Source of the DNA: Allobaculum fili
Lineage (GTDB): Bacteria > Bacillota_I > Bacilli_A > Erysipelotrichales > Erysipelotrichaceae
Direction of reading: 5' to 3'
DNA: 11,842 nucleotides
Assembly: GCF_020969955.1 (NCBI RefSeq)
Contig: NZ_JAHDSX010000058.1
Coordinates: 1-11,842, forward strand
In this document: positions 11,761 to 11,842 of the stretch, one piece after another
Numbering within the stretch: the stretch's first letter is position 1
How the letters are laid out: each line of letters starts with the position of its first letter
Notes under the pieces: generated by a model
What the model was told of the DNA's origin: nothing
What the model saw: the letters and a program-made list of their open reading frames with translations, nothing else
Databases searched by the model: none
Program-made: the position numbers and the translations under genes

Positions 11761-11842
11761 ATGAACGAATTTAAACTTCAGCGCTTTGCGGAAGGTGATG
11801 GAACTAGTACGACAACCACACCGACAGGCGCAAACAATGAAA
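11761..11842 (+). CDS. Major capsid protein, 5' end only (truncated by the window edge)
   Basis: GGAGG lies 4 nt upstream (11753-11757, spacer AACC). The product begins MNEFKLQRFA|EGDGTSTTTTPTGANNE, with an L27-like propeptide. The position after the scaffold gene is canonical. Only 27 codons are visible. Confidence 0.65.
   Translation, partial: MNEFKLQRFAEGDGTSTTTTPTGANNE

Overview
The window is a contiguous piece of a tailed-phage or prophage genome of siphovirus type. The Prp / L27-like capsid processing logic suggests a Firmicute host. Backbone GC is about 50-55% in the windows I hand-counted. Almost everything is on the + strand.

Gene order:
- A hairpin at the left edge.
- A VirE-family (P4/SaPI-Rep-like) NTPase gene that appears to lack its primase half.
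- A roughly 290-bp array of TTGTCCC iterons around an AT-rich core, a likely origin of replication.
- A VRR-NUC nuclease and an SNF2-family helicase.
- Three small regulatory proteins, the last a sigma-region-4-like late regulator.
- tRNA-Ser(UGA) followed by an aberrant tRNA-like element.
- A structured leader, then terminase small and large subunits, and an SPP1-type portal.
- A MuF/gp7 head-morphogenesis protein carrying an extra C-terminal domain.
- A low-GC accessory island of about 1.5 kb holding small cassettes.
- A small membrane protein, a Prp-like cysteine protease, a scaffold protein, and the first 27 codons of the major capsid protein.

Most interesting region (about 9.1-10.65 kb): the MuF gene changes composition abruptly, from about 55% to 30-38% GC, into a roughly 150-aa C-terminal domain of unknown function. 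This resembles MuF polymorphic-toxin or injected-effector architecture. It is followed by small genes: a Zn-ribbon protein, a YjcQ-like protein, a 55-aa ORF, and an opposite-strand 86-94-aa ORF. These genes are separated by recurring terminator + RBS junction modules, including an identical 26-bp direct repeat that brackets one cassette.

Other notable points: the iteron origin, the anticodon-arm-less tRNA-like element, and the phage-encoded Prp with LNLQRFA / KLQRFA propeptides on scaffold and capsid.

All functional calls rest on motif recognition by eye. No database search was possible.
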